DNA of 64,000 bases, taken from contig JBALDB010000006.1 in the NCBI GenBank assembly GCA_036918135.1, positions 1-64,000 on the forward strand, read 5' to 3'. The translations under genes were made by a program, and so were the position numbers. The notes under the pieces were generated by a model that was not told where the DNA came from, did no database searches, and saw nothing but the letters and a program-made list of their open reading frames with translations. The stretch comes from Nostoc sp. (GTDB taxonomy: Bacteria; Cyanobacteriota; Cyanobacteriia; Cyanobacteriales; Nostocaceae). The first letter of the stretch is position 1; the number at the start of each line of letters is the position of its first letter. Below, piece by piece: positions 9,230 through 19,283 of this stretch.

Positions 9230-11089
9230 TTGTTATTAGTTCCTTATATTAAGTGCAATTCTAATAGTTGTAAGATTACCCACGCCGTAAGTAGCAGGAA
9301 AATTTTGCTTTTACAAGGACGTTATCGTTTAATTAAACGAATTGGTAAAGGGGGATTGGGCAAAACCTTTCTGGCTGTTGATGAAGGTCAGTTTCCACCA
9401 ATTCCTTGCGTGGTTCAAGAATTATTATGCGAAACATCGAAAAGTTTTGAGCAAAAGGTGCAACAGCGACAAGAATTAGGAAAGCATCCCCAAATTCCGG
9501 CTTTATTGAGTTATTTCCAGCAAGAACAGTACTTTTATTTAGTGCAGGAATTTATTGCAGGTACAAATTTAGCTCAGGTGGTTGAAGAGGAGGGTGTTTT
9601 TAATGAAACTCAGGTTTGGCAAATTTTAGCGGATTTATTACCAGTTTTGCAGTTCATTAGCGATCGCCACATCATCCACCGCAATATTAAACCCGAAAAC
9701 ATTATCCGTAGAATTTCCCCTAACCCCGAAGGTGAAGCAAATCTAGTTATAGTTGATTTTAGTGCTGCAAAAATTATCACAGAAATTGATTACTTAACAA
9801 ATGAAAACAGTATCGGTAGTCCAGAATATGCTGCACCAGAGCAAACAACAGGAAAAGCTGTTTTTGCTAGTGACCTTTATAGTCTCGGTGTCACTTGTAT
9901 TTATCTACTTACCCACATTTGTCCTTTTGATTTATTTGATATTGCAAATAATTGCTGGGTTTGGCGAGATTATCTAACTAATAAAGGTAATAAGCAACAA
10001 GACACAAAGCATTTATGTTTGGGAAAAATCCTTGACCAGTTACTACAAAATATTGTTAGCCAGCGCTTTCAATCTGCGAATGAAGTCATCGAAGCAATGG
10101 GTATAAAAGTCAAAAGTCGAAAGTTGACCCTGAGCGAAGCCGAAGGGTCAAAAATTGCAAGTCAAAATTCTCCTTGGCAATGCTCGCATACTCTAACTGG
10201 ACATTCTGTGATGTTGAGCAGTGTAAATGCTCTTGCATTTTCCGATCAAGGTAACATTTTAGCCAGTACTAATGATGAGAAAAACATCAAATTGTGGGAT
10301 TTAAATAGTAAAAAAGTCCTAGCTAGCTTATCGGGACATTACCAAGCTGTAAAATCAGTTGCTTTTAGTCCTGATGGCAAAATTTTGGCAAGTGCTAGCG
10401 ACGATAAAACTATCAAATTGTGGCAGATGGAGACCTTAACAGAAATTTGCACCCTGTTAGGACACTCCCAAGCTGTGAAATCAGTTGCTTTCAGTCCTGA
10501 TGGCGAGATTCTTGCTAGTGGTAGCTCAGATAAGACAGTCAAACTCTGGAACGTAAATACTGGCGTCCAAATTTGCTCCTTAATTGGACACCAGTTACAG
10601 GTAAATTCGGTGGCCTTTAGTCCTCAAGGGCAGATTGTAGCTAGCGCTAGTTATGATAGAACAATTCGCCTCTGGCAGATAAGTTACCAAGAATTTAAAA
10701 ACTGCCCATGTTATACCTTATTAGGCATCCTTTCAGGTCATGCATGGGCAGTTTTGACAGTCGCTTTTAGTCCCGATGGAAAAATTTTGGCGACGGGTAG
10801 CGATGATAATACTATTAAATTGTGGGAAGTGAACACTGGTCAGCTAATTGGCACACTTGTTGGCCATTCCTGGTCTGTAGTAAGTGTAGCTTTCACTGCC
10901 GATGGTGAAACCCTGATTAGTGCAAGTTGGGACAAGACAGTTAAACTCTGGAGAGTAAGTACAAGAGAAGAGATTGTGACTCTTGCTGGTCATACAGACT
11001 CGGTGTCAGCCGTTACTGTCAGCCAAGGACAACTAATTGCAACTGGAAGCAAAGACAAGACTATCAAACTCTGGCAGCTTGTAGAATAG
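9230..11089 (+). CDS. Ser/Thr kinase-like domain (probable pseudokinase) plus about 7 WD40 repeats; start codon uncertain
   Basis: GKGGLGKTF, HRNIKPEN, DFS, APE; repeated GH...VAFSPDG.ILAS.S.D.TIKLW units. Confidence 0.88.
   Translation: MLLVPYIKCNSNSCKITHAVSSRKILLLQGRYRLIKRIGKGGLGKTFLAVDEGQFPPIPCVVQELLCETSKSFEQKVQQRQELGKHPQIPALLSYFQQEQYFYLVQEFIAGTNLAQVVEEEGVFNETQVWQILADLLPVLQFISDRHIIHRNIKPENIIRRISPNPEGEANLVIVDFSAAKIITEIDYLTNENSIGSPEYAAPEQTTGKAVFASDLYSLGVTCIYLLTHICPFDLFDIANNCWVWRDYLTNKGNKQQDTKHLCLGKILDQLLQNIVSQRFQSANEVIEAMGIKVKSRKLTLSEAEGSKIASQNSPWQCSHTLTGHSVMLSSVNALAFSDQGNILASTNDEKNIKLWDLNSKKVLASLSGHYQAVKSVAFSPDGKILASASDDKTIKLWQMETLTEICTLLGHSQAVKSVAFSPDGEILASGSSDKTVKLWNVNTGVQICSLIGHQLQVNSVAFSPQGQIVASASYDRTIRLWQISYQEFKNCPCYTLLGILSGHAWAVLTVAFSPDGKILATGSDDNTIKLWEVNTGQLIGTLVGHSWSVVSVAFTADGETLISASWDKTVKLWRVSTREEIVTLAGHTDSVSAVTVSQGQLIATGSKDKTIKLWQLVE
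10126..10149. repeat. 24-nt SDR-type hairpin element inserted in frame in a CDS linker
   Basis: GACCCTGAGCGAAGCCGAAGGGTC inside an AAAAGTC heptamer run; same core as the 17894-17962 element. Confidence 0.7.
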
Positions 11090-11110
11090 CATCAGAGTTA
11101 ATTTGGAATA

Positions 11111-11410
11111 TCAAGCGCTACCTGTGAAGGCAACTTCCGGGAATTTCAACTGAGCTTCAGCCATTGGGCGGTTTCTGCCTTCTTCTTGCCAGTAATTAAT
11201 CACTTCGGTTGCTTTGTTAAGCAACTCGACGCGATCCAAATCAGTAATCCAGTGTTTGGATTCGAGTTCCTTCTTTAACTCTTCCCAGGCATCATTTCTC
11301 GGCCAGAAAAAGTACTTGGTCAAAGGACTTGTGCCTTTGCCGACAACTTGATCGACTGCTAGAGCGACGTTTTCGTCTAACCACAGAATTTTCAAAATAA
11401 ACTTGGTCAA
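11111..11410 (-). CDS. ycf65: 30S ribosomal protein PSRP-3 (Ycf65)
   Basis: [44 protein letters not shown] before a TTG start. Confidence 0.93.
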   Translation of the reverse strand: MTKFILKILWLDENVALAVDQVVGKGTSPLTKYFFWPRNDAWEELKKELESKHWITDLDRVELLNKATEVINYWQEEGRNRPMAEAQLKFPEVAFTGSA

Positions 11411-11625
11411 TCACACCTCCGGGAATCTCCGGGCATTACTTAACTAGGACAGCGATCGCTTATTCTAACGCAATACCCTATCAATGACCAAATAGAGATT
11501 GGGGGTAAGGGAGATGAGGAGATGGGGAGGACAGGGATGCAACTCCTAACTCAGCACTCCCAATCACAAATGATAAAAATGATTGCAAATGGGCTAACAT
11601 CAGGTGTAGTTGGTGCTAATTATAG

Positions 11626-12101
11626 ATGCTTATGACTGCTCAACTACCCCAATCTACAATGACATCTGGTTCAGATTTGTATGAGCAAGACTTTTACCTG
11701 TGGATTCAAACTACAGCAGAACTGCTCAAGCAAAAGAACTTCACACAACTGGACTTAGAGAATTTAATTGAAGAAATTGAAACGATGGGTAAAAGTGAAA
11801 AAAAGCACTCAGAAGCAATTTGGAAGTGGTGCTGATGCATCTATTAAAGTATAAGTATCAACCCGAAAAGCGCTCTGGTAGTTAACGAGCAACAATTCGA
11901 GAACATCGCAAACACCTTCAAGAGGCTTTAGAAGAAAGTCCTAGTCTGAAACCCTATTTTGATGAGGTTTTCGTGCAGTATTATGACCATGCTAGGCTAT
12001 TGGCTGCTGATGAAACTGGATTACCTATTGCTACCTTCCCCCAACAATCTCCCTTCACCCCAGAGCAAGCGATCAACCCTGATTTTTTACCAGAGTCCTA
12101 A
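11626..12101 (+). pseudogene. DUF29 family pseudogene
   Basis: LYEQDFYLW...LDLENLIEEIETMGKSEK, then a -1 frameshift in an A7 run (11798-11804). Continuation ALRSNLEVVLMHLLKYKYQPEKRSGS*RATIREHR...SPSLKPY...FLPES* has an in-frame TAA at 11883-11885. Confidence 0.88.
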
Positions 12102-12146
12102 TAAGAAAGCTTTATTATGATGTAAAACTCTTTTGCTTCCTAGCCC

Positions 12147-12953
12147 ATGACTCAAGAAACTTCTACAAAAGCGGTTGTTGTTTTCGACATTGATGGTGTT
12201 GTGCGCGATGTCAGTGGTTCCTATCGCCGAGCGATCGCCGATACTGTAGAATACTTCACAAATAATGCATATCGTCCCACACCCTTAGATATTGACCAAC
12301 TAAAGTCTGAAGGTGTGTGGAATAACGACTGGGAAGCATCTCAAGAATTAATTTACCGCTACTTTAGCGCTCAAGGACAGACCCGCGAACAACTGCAACT
12401 GAATTACAATGCGATCGTTACTTTTTTCCAATCGCGTTATCGAGGCCCAGACCCGAACAATTTGACGGGGTATATTTGTAATGAACCCTTATTATTACAA
12501 CCTAGTTATTTAGAGCAACTTACTCAAGCTGGGATTGCTTGGGGATTTTTCAGCGGTGCGACTCGCGTTTCGGCTAACTATGTTTTAGAAAAACGCCTGG
12601 GCTTGCAATCTCCGGTATTGATTGCGATGGAGGATGCACCAGGTAAACCCGACCCCAGTGGACTTTTTGCTACAGTTGCTCAACTAGAAAACGGAATTGA
12701 GCAAAAATCAGCGATCGTCTATGTGGGGGATACGGTAGCAGACATGTATACTGTTGAGAAAGCACGGAGTTTAGATTCTACTCGCACTTGGATTGGTGTG
12801 GGGGTTCTACCGCCCCATGTGCAAGAAACGACTGCGCGGGGTGATGCATATAGTGAAACTCTGCTAAGAGCTGGAGCTGCGATCGTTTTCTCTAATGTAC
12901 AAGAATTGACCCCAAAACAGATTTACGAATTAGTTAGCAGAGTGTGTGGTTAA
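12147..12953 (+). CDS. HAD-superfamily hydrolase (TIGR01548-like)
   Basis: VFDIDGV, WNNDW, KPDP and YVGDTVADM motifs. Confidence 0.88.
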   Translation: MTQETSTKAVVVFDIDGVVRDVSGSYRRAIADTVEYFTNNAYRPTPLDIDQLKSEGVWNNDWEASQELIYRYFSAQGQTREQLQLNYNAIVTFFQSRYRGPDPNNLTGYICNEPLLLQPSYLEQLTQAGIAWGFFSGATRVSANYVLEKRLGLQSPVLIAMEDAPGKPDPSGLFATVAQLENGIEQKSAIVYVGDTVADMYTVEKARSLDSTRTWIGVGVLPPHVQETTARGDAYSETLLRAGAAIVFSNVQELTPKQIYELVSRVCG

Positions 12954-13046
12954 AATAAGCTAATTTAAATATAGATATTATTTCTCAATTAACCTAGAAA
13001 GACATTCACGCTTAAGCTGCAAAGCGCCAGTAATTATTAATTTACC

Positions 13047-13874
13047 ATGAACATTTTCAGTAATTTGCTTTCTCAGCCAACTCAGCCTGCACCTGCAAAA
13101 AAACAACGTCGAGGAATTGAAATTAAATCCCCGCGTGAAATTGAAATCATGCGGCAATCTGCAACAATTGTGGCAACTGTCCTCAAAGAAATTTCTCAGC
13201 TAGTAAAGCCAGGAATGACTACAGCTGACTTGGATGTTTATGCGGAAAAACGCATCCGCGAAATGGGTGCAACACCCAGTTTTAAAGGATATCATGGTTT
13301 TCCAGGTTCTATCTGCTCTAGCATTAATAATGAAGTAGTACATGGTATTCCTAGTTCCAAGAAAGTAATTCGCCCTGGAGATGTATTAAAAGTTGATACA
13401 GGCGCTTATTATCAAGGCTTTCATGGTGATTCTTGCATTACAATTGCTGTTGGAGAAGTGACCCCACTAGCTGCTAAACTAATTCGCGTCGCTGAAGAAG
13501 CTTTATATAAAGGCATCGAACAAGTTAAGGCTGGTGTATATTTGCTTGACTTGGCTGGGCCGATTGAAGACCATGTGAAAGTTAACGGCTTTAGTATCGT
13601 TGAAGAGTTTACTGGACATGGTGTAGGTCGAAACTTGCATGAAGAACCTTCAGTATTCAACTTTCGTACCCGCGAACTGCCAAATGTTAAACTTCGTGCG
13701 GGAATGACGCTGGCAATTGAGCCAATTGTGAATGCTGGTTCTAGACATACACGGACATTATCAGACCGTTGGACAGCTGTGACTGTGGATAATGCTTTGT
13801 CGGCTCAGTTTGAGCATACGGTGTTGGTGACAGAGACTGGTTATGAGATTTTAACTGACCGTTCTAAGATTTAA
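13047..13874 (+). CDS. map: Type I methionyl aminopeptidase
   Basis: [38 protein letters not shown]. Confidence 0.97.
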   Translation: MNIFSNLLSQPTQPAPAKKQRRGIEIKSPREIEIMRQSATIVATVLKEISQLVKPGMTTADLDVYAEKRIREMGATPSFKGYHGFPGSICSSINNEVVHGIPSSKKVIRPGDVLKVDTGAYYQGFHGDSCITIAVGEVTPLAAKLIRVAEEALYKGIEQVKAGVYLLDLAGPIEDHVKVNGFSIVEEFTGHGVGRNLHEEPSVFNFRTRELPNVKLRAGMTLAIEPIVNAGSRHTRTLSDRWTAVTVDNALSAQFEHTVLVTETGYEILTDRSKI

Positions 13875-14080
13875 TTGCTAGTTGGAATTATATATTGTTG
13901 AAACAGGTGAAGCGGCAACATAATTTATAATTCGTAGTTATTACCCTACGATTGATATCGAGGGCTTTGAAAACAGGCTGGCTGTTTTTTATCTTTATCA
14001 AAGAATTTGGCAGCTATAACCTTCCTCACAAATTACGAATTTTATATATTATGTTTGCATAAACGCTTGTTATTACCAGC

Positions 14081-14120
14081 TAAGAGAAGCAATTGCACAC
14101 CTTTACAATTGCTTCTCTTA
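14081..14120. terminator. Perfect 15-bp inverted repeat between convergent map and tRNA-Lys
   Basis: TAAGAGAAGCAATTG-N10-CAATTGCTTCTCTTA. Confidence 0.6.
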
Positions 14121-14326
14121 ATTTAGTTATACTCGTAATAACATTTTATAAGCAATTAACCGAACACAATATTATGAGTGAAGCATTAAATCAAGTAATT
14201 AAAACTAGAATGCAAAATTGAATCAAAGTCTTTTATATTTTAGCTATCCATCCCTATCATTCCTCATAGGTTAGATTAGGTTTATCTTATAAGAAATAAC
14301 GCAGATAAAATTGAAATATTTGGGAA

Positions 14327-14398
14327 TGGGTGACCTGAGATTCGAACTCAGAACCAGCGGATTAAGAGTCCGATGCTCTACCGTTGAGCTAGTCACCC
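14327..14398 (-). tRNA. trnK: tRNA-Lys (anticodon CTT)
   Basis: GGGTGACTAGCTCAACGGTAGAGCATCGGACTCTTAATCCGCTGGTTCTGAGTTCGAATCTCAGGTCACCCA: 7-bp acceptor stem, TTCGAAT T-loop, CT-CTT-AA anticodon loop, no encoded CCA. Confidence 0.97.
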
Positions 14399-14460
14399 AC
14401 ACAAACAACAAGTATAGCAAACTTCTGATGAATTTGCCACTCAATAGTCTAAAAAATGAT

Positions 14461-16710
14461 TTACAGAGGGAATTTGACGGCGAACATGGTTTGACCTGCT
14501 GCACTCTCTACAGTAATAGAGCCGCCTAAATGTCTGACCATCTTCTGCACTAATGCTAATTCTAATCCGGTACCGCTATGTTTCCAAGGATCGTGTTGGG
14601 AAAGGTGATAAAAAGGCTCAAAAATCCGTGACAATTCGTTGCTGGTAAGTTCGATTCCAGAGTTGGTAATTTTAAGTTCTACTACTTCCTCTATCAGTTC
14701 AGCCGAAACTGAAATGAATTCGCCTGCTGGGGTATATTTACAGGCATGGTTGAGTAGTTCGGTAACAATCCGCTCTAGGTCTGTGATATCTGTCTCTAAA
14801 AGCGGGAGTGTATCCTCAATAATTAGGTTTAACTGCTGGCGCTGGCAGTTGGTAACATCTCGAAAAGTTTCAATAATGGGATGAAGCCAAGTTTGTAAGT
14901 CAATGGCAATTAAAGTTGGCGGACTAGGTTCGGCTTCTAGAGATGTAAGTGTGAGTAGGTCGTTAATTAACTTGCTTTCTCGCGCACACTCGTTATGCAA
15001 AATCTGTAAAAGCTGCGGAACTATTTCTATATCTAATATTTCTTCTGGTGCGAGGATACTTTCGAGAGTTTGGGCTGCGAGGCTGATGCTAGTTATTGGT
15101 GTCCGCAGCTCTTGAGACAAAGTTCTCAGAAATTTGTTTTTTAATTGTTCGCGTTTTTCTAATTCTTTTACCTGTGCTTGGGTTTTTTGGTAAAGTTGCC
15201 CTTGACGAATAGCGATCGCACATTCATTTGCAATCTGCTGCACTAGCCCGACTTCAAATTCATCAAAGGCTTCTTGTGTTGGTCTGGTTAACCAAATATT
15301 TCCCAAAATTCCTTGAGTATCAAAAATTGGACAAGCCATCTGAGCAATAACCAGCAATTTTGGTTGCCATCCAGGTACAATTTCTAAAAATTGCAAAGGT
15401 TGTTTTTGCAATAATGGCTGATAAACTTCGGGAAGGTCTGCAATTTGTCTGGTTAATCCCAAGCACTGGGGTAAGTTAGTAGTATATTCGTAAGTAATTT
15501 TTACCTGGGTTCGACAGGTGCTATAAAGTTCGATTTGGCAACGGTCAAGGTTGAGTAACTGTACTAATTCCTGAGTAACTGTTTGCAACACCTGACTTTC
15601 ATCAAGACTGTCGCGGATTTGTTCTGTCATCTGTCGCACTAAGGCGTCAAAGTTTCGCACCTGCTGCAACTGATTTATATGCTTTTGTCGATCGGACTCC
15701 ATCTTGGCTTTGAAATCCTCTAGCTGCTGATGAAGTTCTGTTTGTTGAACAGCAATGCTAATTTGAGTTGCTAGCTGCTTGAGCAAGTCAATTTCTATTT
15801 GCTGCCATTGATGCGGTTGATGGCAATGCTGGGCAATCAACAGCCCCCAGACATCTTGTTTAAAAAAAATTGGTACGACTAAATTCGCTCTCACCTGTAA
15901 AGATGTGAGGAAATCTATATAGCAAGGATGTAATCCAGATGTGTGAATATCTTCAATAACTTGAATGTAACCCAGACTACAGTGTTCTCGATATTTTCTA
16001 CTGAAACAGGGATCGGTGAGATTTTTTCCTAACAGCGGCTCGTTATTTGCCACAGTTGATTCGGCAATGACTACTCCACTACTATCAGTATCAAAGCAAT
16101 AAATTAAGACGCGATCGCTCTTGAAAAACTGCCGCAGTTCCTGTGTTGTCTGATGGAGAATTGTCTCTAATTCTACAGATTGATGAATCCGCTTAGCAAT
16201 CTCTTCTAAAAGTTGCTGTTGTTGTACCTGGAGTTCAACTGCTTGTTCTGCTTCCTTAACAGGAGTAATATTGCTACTAGTACCAATCAATCGATAAATC
16301 CTGGAGTTAGTATCGCGTAATGGAGTTAGAGTTGTACTCCACCAAGTAGGAATTCCCTGAAATTGCAAACATTGTTCGTAAGAAATAGTTTTGCCGAATA
16401 CTACGCACTCTGCATAATGTTGACGCACCTGAGCAGCATCAATGGGCGAGAGAATATCCTCTGGTTTTTTCCCCCGGAGATCGTCGGAGCTAATGCCTAT
16501 CCAGCGCTCATGGGTGGGATTTAGTGCTACATATCGAAAATCCCCGTCCTCTAGCACATCCACTACAAATATTGATGCTTGCACAGAATCGTACATGCTC
16601 AGTAGAAACTGTTCGCTACTACTTTTTTTATCTACTTCTGTGCCGAAGAGAATCTGAGGAGGTGATAATTCTGTCAACTCTATAGTTGATTCGGTTGGAT
16701 TTATATTCAT
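14461..16710 (-). CDS. PAS - cyanobacteriochrome GAF (DXCF) - GAF - degenerate histidine kinase
   Basis: PAS (YVALNPTHERWIG), GAF with DRVLIY, DPCF, HPCY and ANLVVPI; HisKA SQELRTP; HATPase-like C-terminus. Confidence 0.88.
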   Translation of the reverse strand: MNINPTESTIELTELSPPQILFGTEVDKKSSSEQFLLSMYDSVQASIFVVDVLEDGDFRYVALNPTHERWIGISSDDLRGKKPEDILSPIDAAQVRQHYAECVVFGKTISYEQCLQFQGIPTWWSTTLTPLRDTNSRIYRLIGTSSNITPVKEAEQAVELQVQQQQLLEEIAKRIHQSVELETILHQTTQELRQFFKSDRVLIYCFDTDSSGVVIAESTVANNEPLLGKNLTDPCFSRKYREHCSLGYIQVIEDIHTSGLHPCYIDFLTSLQVRANLVVPIFFKQDVWGLLIAQHCHQPHQWQQIEIDLLKQLATQISIAVQQTELHQQLEDFKAKMESDRQKHINQLQQVRNFDALVRQMTEQIRDSLDESQVLQTVTQELVQLLNLDRCQIELYSTCRTQVKITYEYTTNLPQCLGLTRQIADLPEVYQPLLQKQPLQFLEIVPGWQPKLLVIAQMACPIFDTQGILGNIWLTRPTQEAFDEFEVGLVQQIANECAIAIRQGQLYQKTQAQVKELEKREQLKNKFLRTLSQELRTPITSISLAAQTLESILAPEEILDIEIVPQLLQILHNECARESKLINDLLTLTSLEAEPSPPTLIAIDLQTWLHPIIETFRDVTNCQRQQLNLIIEDTLPLLETDITDLERIVTELLNHACKYTPAGEFISVSAELIEEVVELKITNSGIELTSNELSRIFEPFYHLSQHDPWKHSGTGLELALVQKMVRHLGGSITVESAAGQTMFAVKFPL

Positions 16711-17069
16711 GCGAGAGTCCCTGTCTGGTATTACTGACTCATATAGGCGCTCTCTTGTAGTATGCCTGTAGTAAATGCATTTTAGCGCCTAAAGCAAAAT
16801 CTTGTCAGCCGTTGCTCATGGAAATTTGGAGCTTTCTTTAGTTGTGATTTGGGAGTTTGGGAGATTTAATCGGAGTCAGCTTAACAAATCCTGCTTTTTG
16901 AAGGCGAAAATGCATTTTTAGATAAGAAAAGTTGCTGATTTTGAACAGTTTTTTAGAATTTTTGCATATATTTAGGTGCAATTATCAAGTTTTATCAATT
17001 AAATTTATAATTTGTAATATTAGGGATTGGAGACTGGGTACTAGGGATTAAGTAGTGAGTATTAGCAGT

Positions 17070-17160
17070 TATAGCAGGAGGTAGAAGGCAGGAGGTAAAA
17101 CATTACTATTCCTGACATGTAGACTTTCAAGATGTCCTAACCTTTAATTCGCTTGCTATA
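17070..17160 (+). mobile_element. MITE-like family A copy 1
   Basis: TATAGCAGGAGG...ATGTCCTAA...GCTATA. Confidence 0.75.
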
Positions 17161-17170
17161 AAAGAATTTT

Positions 17171-17755
17171 CTAATCCCCACTCTCCATTGATAATCGTAA
17201 TTTGTGAGCATTGATTCCAGTCAGCATACCAACCACTAACCAAGTGACAGCTAATCCGATGACTTCGCCTAAGAATAATTGAGTCAAGAGGCGTAAGATA
17301 CTTCCTACAATAGAACCCAAAGGAATAGCAATCGCCCAACTTATTGAACAGACAAACATCCATCGCCACACTACAGGGAATGGTTGGGAAATTGCTAAGC
17401 ATTGTGTCAATCCAATGCCTAAGCCGCCGAGTCCTCCATAAATTGCCCCGTAGAGAATTCTCTGGGGAAGAAACTCAGTGCTAGGTACAATCCAACCCAA
17501 GCCACCAATACCTATGGCAGTAATAACACTCCAACCCAAAAGACTTGACAAAATCCACTTAATATAAAATATAGGTTTGAGAAGACAACTTTGAGGAAGT
17601 GCGATCGCAAATCCACCGATAGCTGCTTCTAATACTCCAATATCGGGCTTTTCGCCGACTTCTATTAATAGTAAACTCAACAAAAAACCGCCAAAAGTAG
17701 CTAAAGTCCAGAGGAACGTAAAGTTAAATTTAGTATTTTTAAAGGTGAATGGCAT
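17171..17755 (-). CDS. Hypothetical multi-pass membrane protein
   Basis: 194 aa with Gly-rich hydrophobic helices. Confidence 0.75.
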   Translation of the reverse strand: MPFTFKNTKFNFTFLWTLATFGGFLLSLLLIEVGEKPDIGVLEAAIGGFAIALPQSCLLKPIFYIKWILSSLLGWSVITAIGIGGLGWIVPSTEFLPQRILYGAIYGGLGGLGIGLTQCLAISQPFPVVWRWMFVCSISWAIAIPLGSIVGSILRLLTQLFLGEVIGLAVTWLVVGMLTGINAHKLRLSMESGD

Positions 17756-17893
17756 GGAGGGGAGTGGAGAATGAGAAGATGGCGGGCAATACAGGCAAAT
17801 AGGAGAATTTATAATTGCTAACTCCTAAGGGGAGCAACGCAAACGTCTCTGGTGAGGCTTGTAACTCAGTACTTAGCACTCCCAATGCTCAAT

Positions 17894-17962
17894 ACTTCGG
17901 CTTCTCCTAACGGAGACGCTGCGCGTAGCTTGCTTCCCCACAGGGGTACGCTCAGTACAAGT
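17894..17962. repeat. Nested SDR-type micro-elements within an STRR run
   Basis: ACTTCGGCT[TCTCCTAACGGAGACGCTGCGCG][TAGCTTGCTTCCCCACAGGGGTA]CGCTCAGTACAAGT, flanked by CCCAATG heptamers. Confidence 0.65.
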
Positions 17963-17976
17963 GCCCAATGTCAGAA

Positions 17977-19215
17977 TCAAAGTTTCTTTGGTTGTAATAA
18001 TCTGACAGTTTTAGCATTAAAGATATCAAGAAAAGCTTTGCGTCGCTGTTGGGGTGATTCGGGTACAATGTAACCCCATAGACTTTCCCAGTAGAAAAAG
18101 GAGATCCCGTCAAAATTGCGATCGCGTACTGTTTGAACCTGTGCTTTAATTTGGGTAATTTTTACTGGATTACGCACCGTTCCTGTTAATATACCAATTC
18201 CTACTGGAATTAGACTTTGAGCCAATTTCACAGAAGGTTGTTCGAGTTGAGCGATAAAAGAGTTTTTGTCACTTCGATATACCTGCAAAATTAACTCATC
18301 AACTAAACCTTTTTTTACCCAATTTTCCCAGTCTTGCAAATAGTATTTATAGGCAAAAGCTTGATAGTTGGGAGACAAAGATATTTTGACTTCAGGTTTA
18401 ACAGCTTTAACAGCTTGATAAATTTCTGCCATAAAATCAGTAATTTTGTCTGCTCGCCAACGTATCCATTCTGGGTTAAAAGGATCGTTTGGGGGACTTT
18501 TACCTTGATGCTCTTGTTGATAAAGTTCAACAGTAAAGCGATCGTAGCCAAACTGTACAGGCATTCCAAAGTGGTCGTCAAGTTGAATACCATTTACATC
18601 GTAATTTCTAACTACTTCCACAATTAGTCCTTGAATAAACTCTTGCACTTGTGGATGTAAAGGATTTAACCAAGCTTGCTTTTTCACCAGGCCATTGTTG
18701 ATTTCTTCTGGTGGAGTATCTTGAATAGAATTTATACCTTCTTGCCCAATTGTTAACCAGTCAGGGTAACGCCTTGCTAATTCTGAATAATGCGGCGTCA
18801 TGAAGCCATATTCAAACCAGGGGATGACTCTCAAATCTTTATTTTTAGCGAGTCTAACTATCTTTGTTAAAACATCTTGTCCACCGTGCATAAATTTGAG
18901 TAAAGGTTGAGTATCTGAGCCTGTAGTCATTTTAGCTACAGCACTCTGATAAAAAGTATGTCCTCGGTTCCAAACTACAGGATAAATTGTATTAAAGTTG
19001 AGAGCTGATAATTGATTGAGAGCGCGATTAATACCCCAAGGGAAAAATAGTACACCACTAGCAACATTAGTCAGCCAAACACCGCGAATTTCTGTACTTA
19101 AATAACTTGTTTTTTGAGAATTAACTGGAACTGAAGAATATGAAAAAACTGTTGTAACGACTACTAATCCTAAACACAATAAGTAAGAAAAAAAACAGCG
19201 TGCAACCTGATTCAT
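17977..19215 (-). CDS. Glycoside hydrolase-like family 10 (DUF187/GHL10) protein, exported
   Basis: EIRGVWLTN, NFNTIYPVVWNRG, WFEYG, WLNPLHPQVQ, YDVNGIQLDDHF; N-terminal hydrophobic segment. Confidence 0.9.
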   Translation of the reverse strand: MNQVARCFFSYLLCLGLVVVTTVFSYSSVPVNSQKTSYLSTEIRGVWLTNVASGVLFFPWGINRALNQLSALNFNTIYPVVWNRGHTFYQSAVAKMTTGSDTQPLLKFMHGGQDVLTKIVRLAKNKDLRVIPWFEYGFMTPHYSELARRYPDWLTIGQEGINSIQDTPPEEINNGLVKKQAWLNPLHPQVQEFIQGLIVEVVRNYDVNGIQLDDHFGMPVQFGYDRFTVELYQQEHQGKSPPNDPFNPEWIRWRADKITDFMAEIYQAVKAVKPEVKISLSPNYQAFAYKYYLQDWENWVKKGLVDELILQVYRSDKNSFIAQLEQPSVKLAQSLIPVGIGILTGTVRNPVKITQIKAQVQTVRDRNFDGISFFYWESLWGYIVPESPQQRRKAFLDIFNAKTVRLLQPKKL

Positions 19216-19255
19216 TTGTCAGCGTTACCTAGTGCGATCGCAATATTATCTATAA

Positions 19256-19283
19256 CTACAAAATTAGATTGTAATTCTCCGGA
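19256..19283 (-). promoter_or_regulatory. Candidate DIF1 (heterocyst-type) promoter
   Basis: Minus strand TCCGGA-N18-GTAG, 41-68 nt upstream of the GHL10 start. Confidence 0.45.

Noticed and set aside
14120..14330. tRNA-Lys as an integration site for a genomic island
   Set aside because: No integrase and no duplicated tRNA 3' end seen in the window
14271..14529. Short ORFs 14271-14504 and 14311-14529
   Set aside because: They overlap tRNA-Lys and the kinase 3' end; spurious
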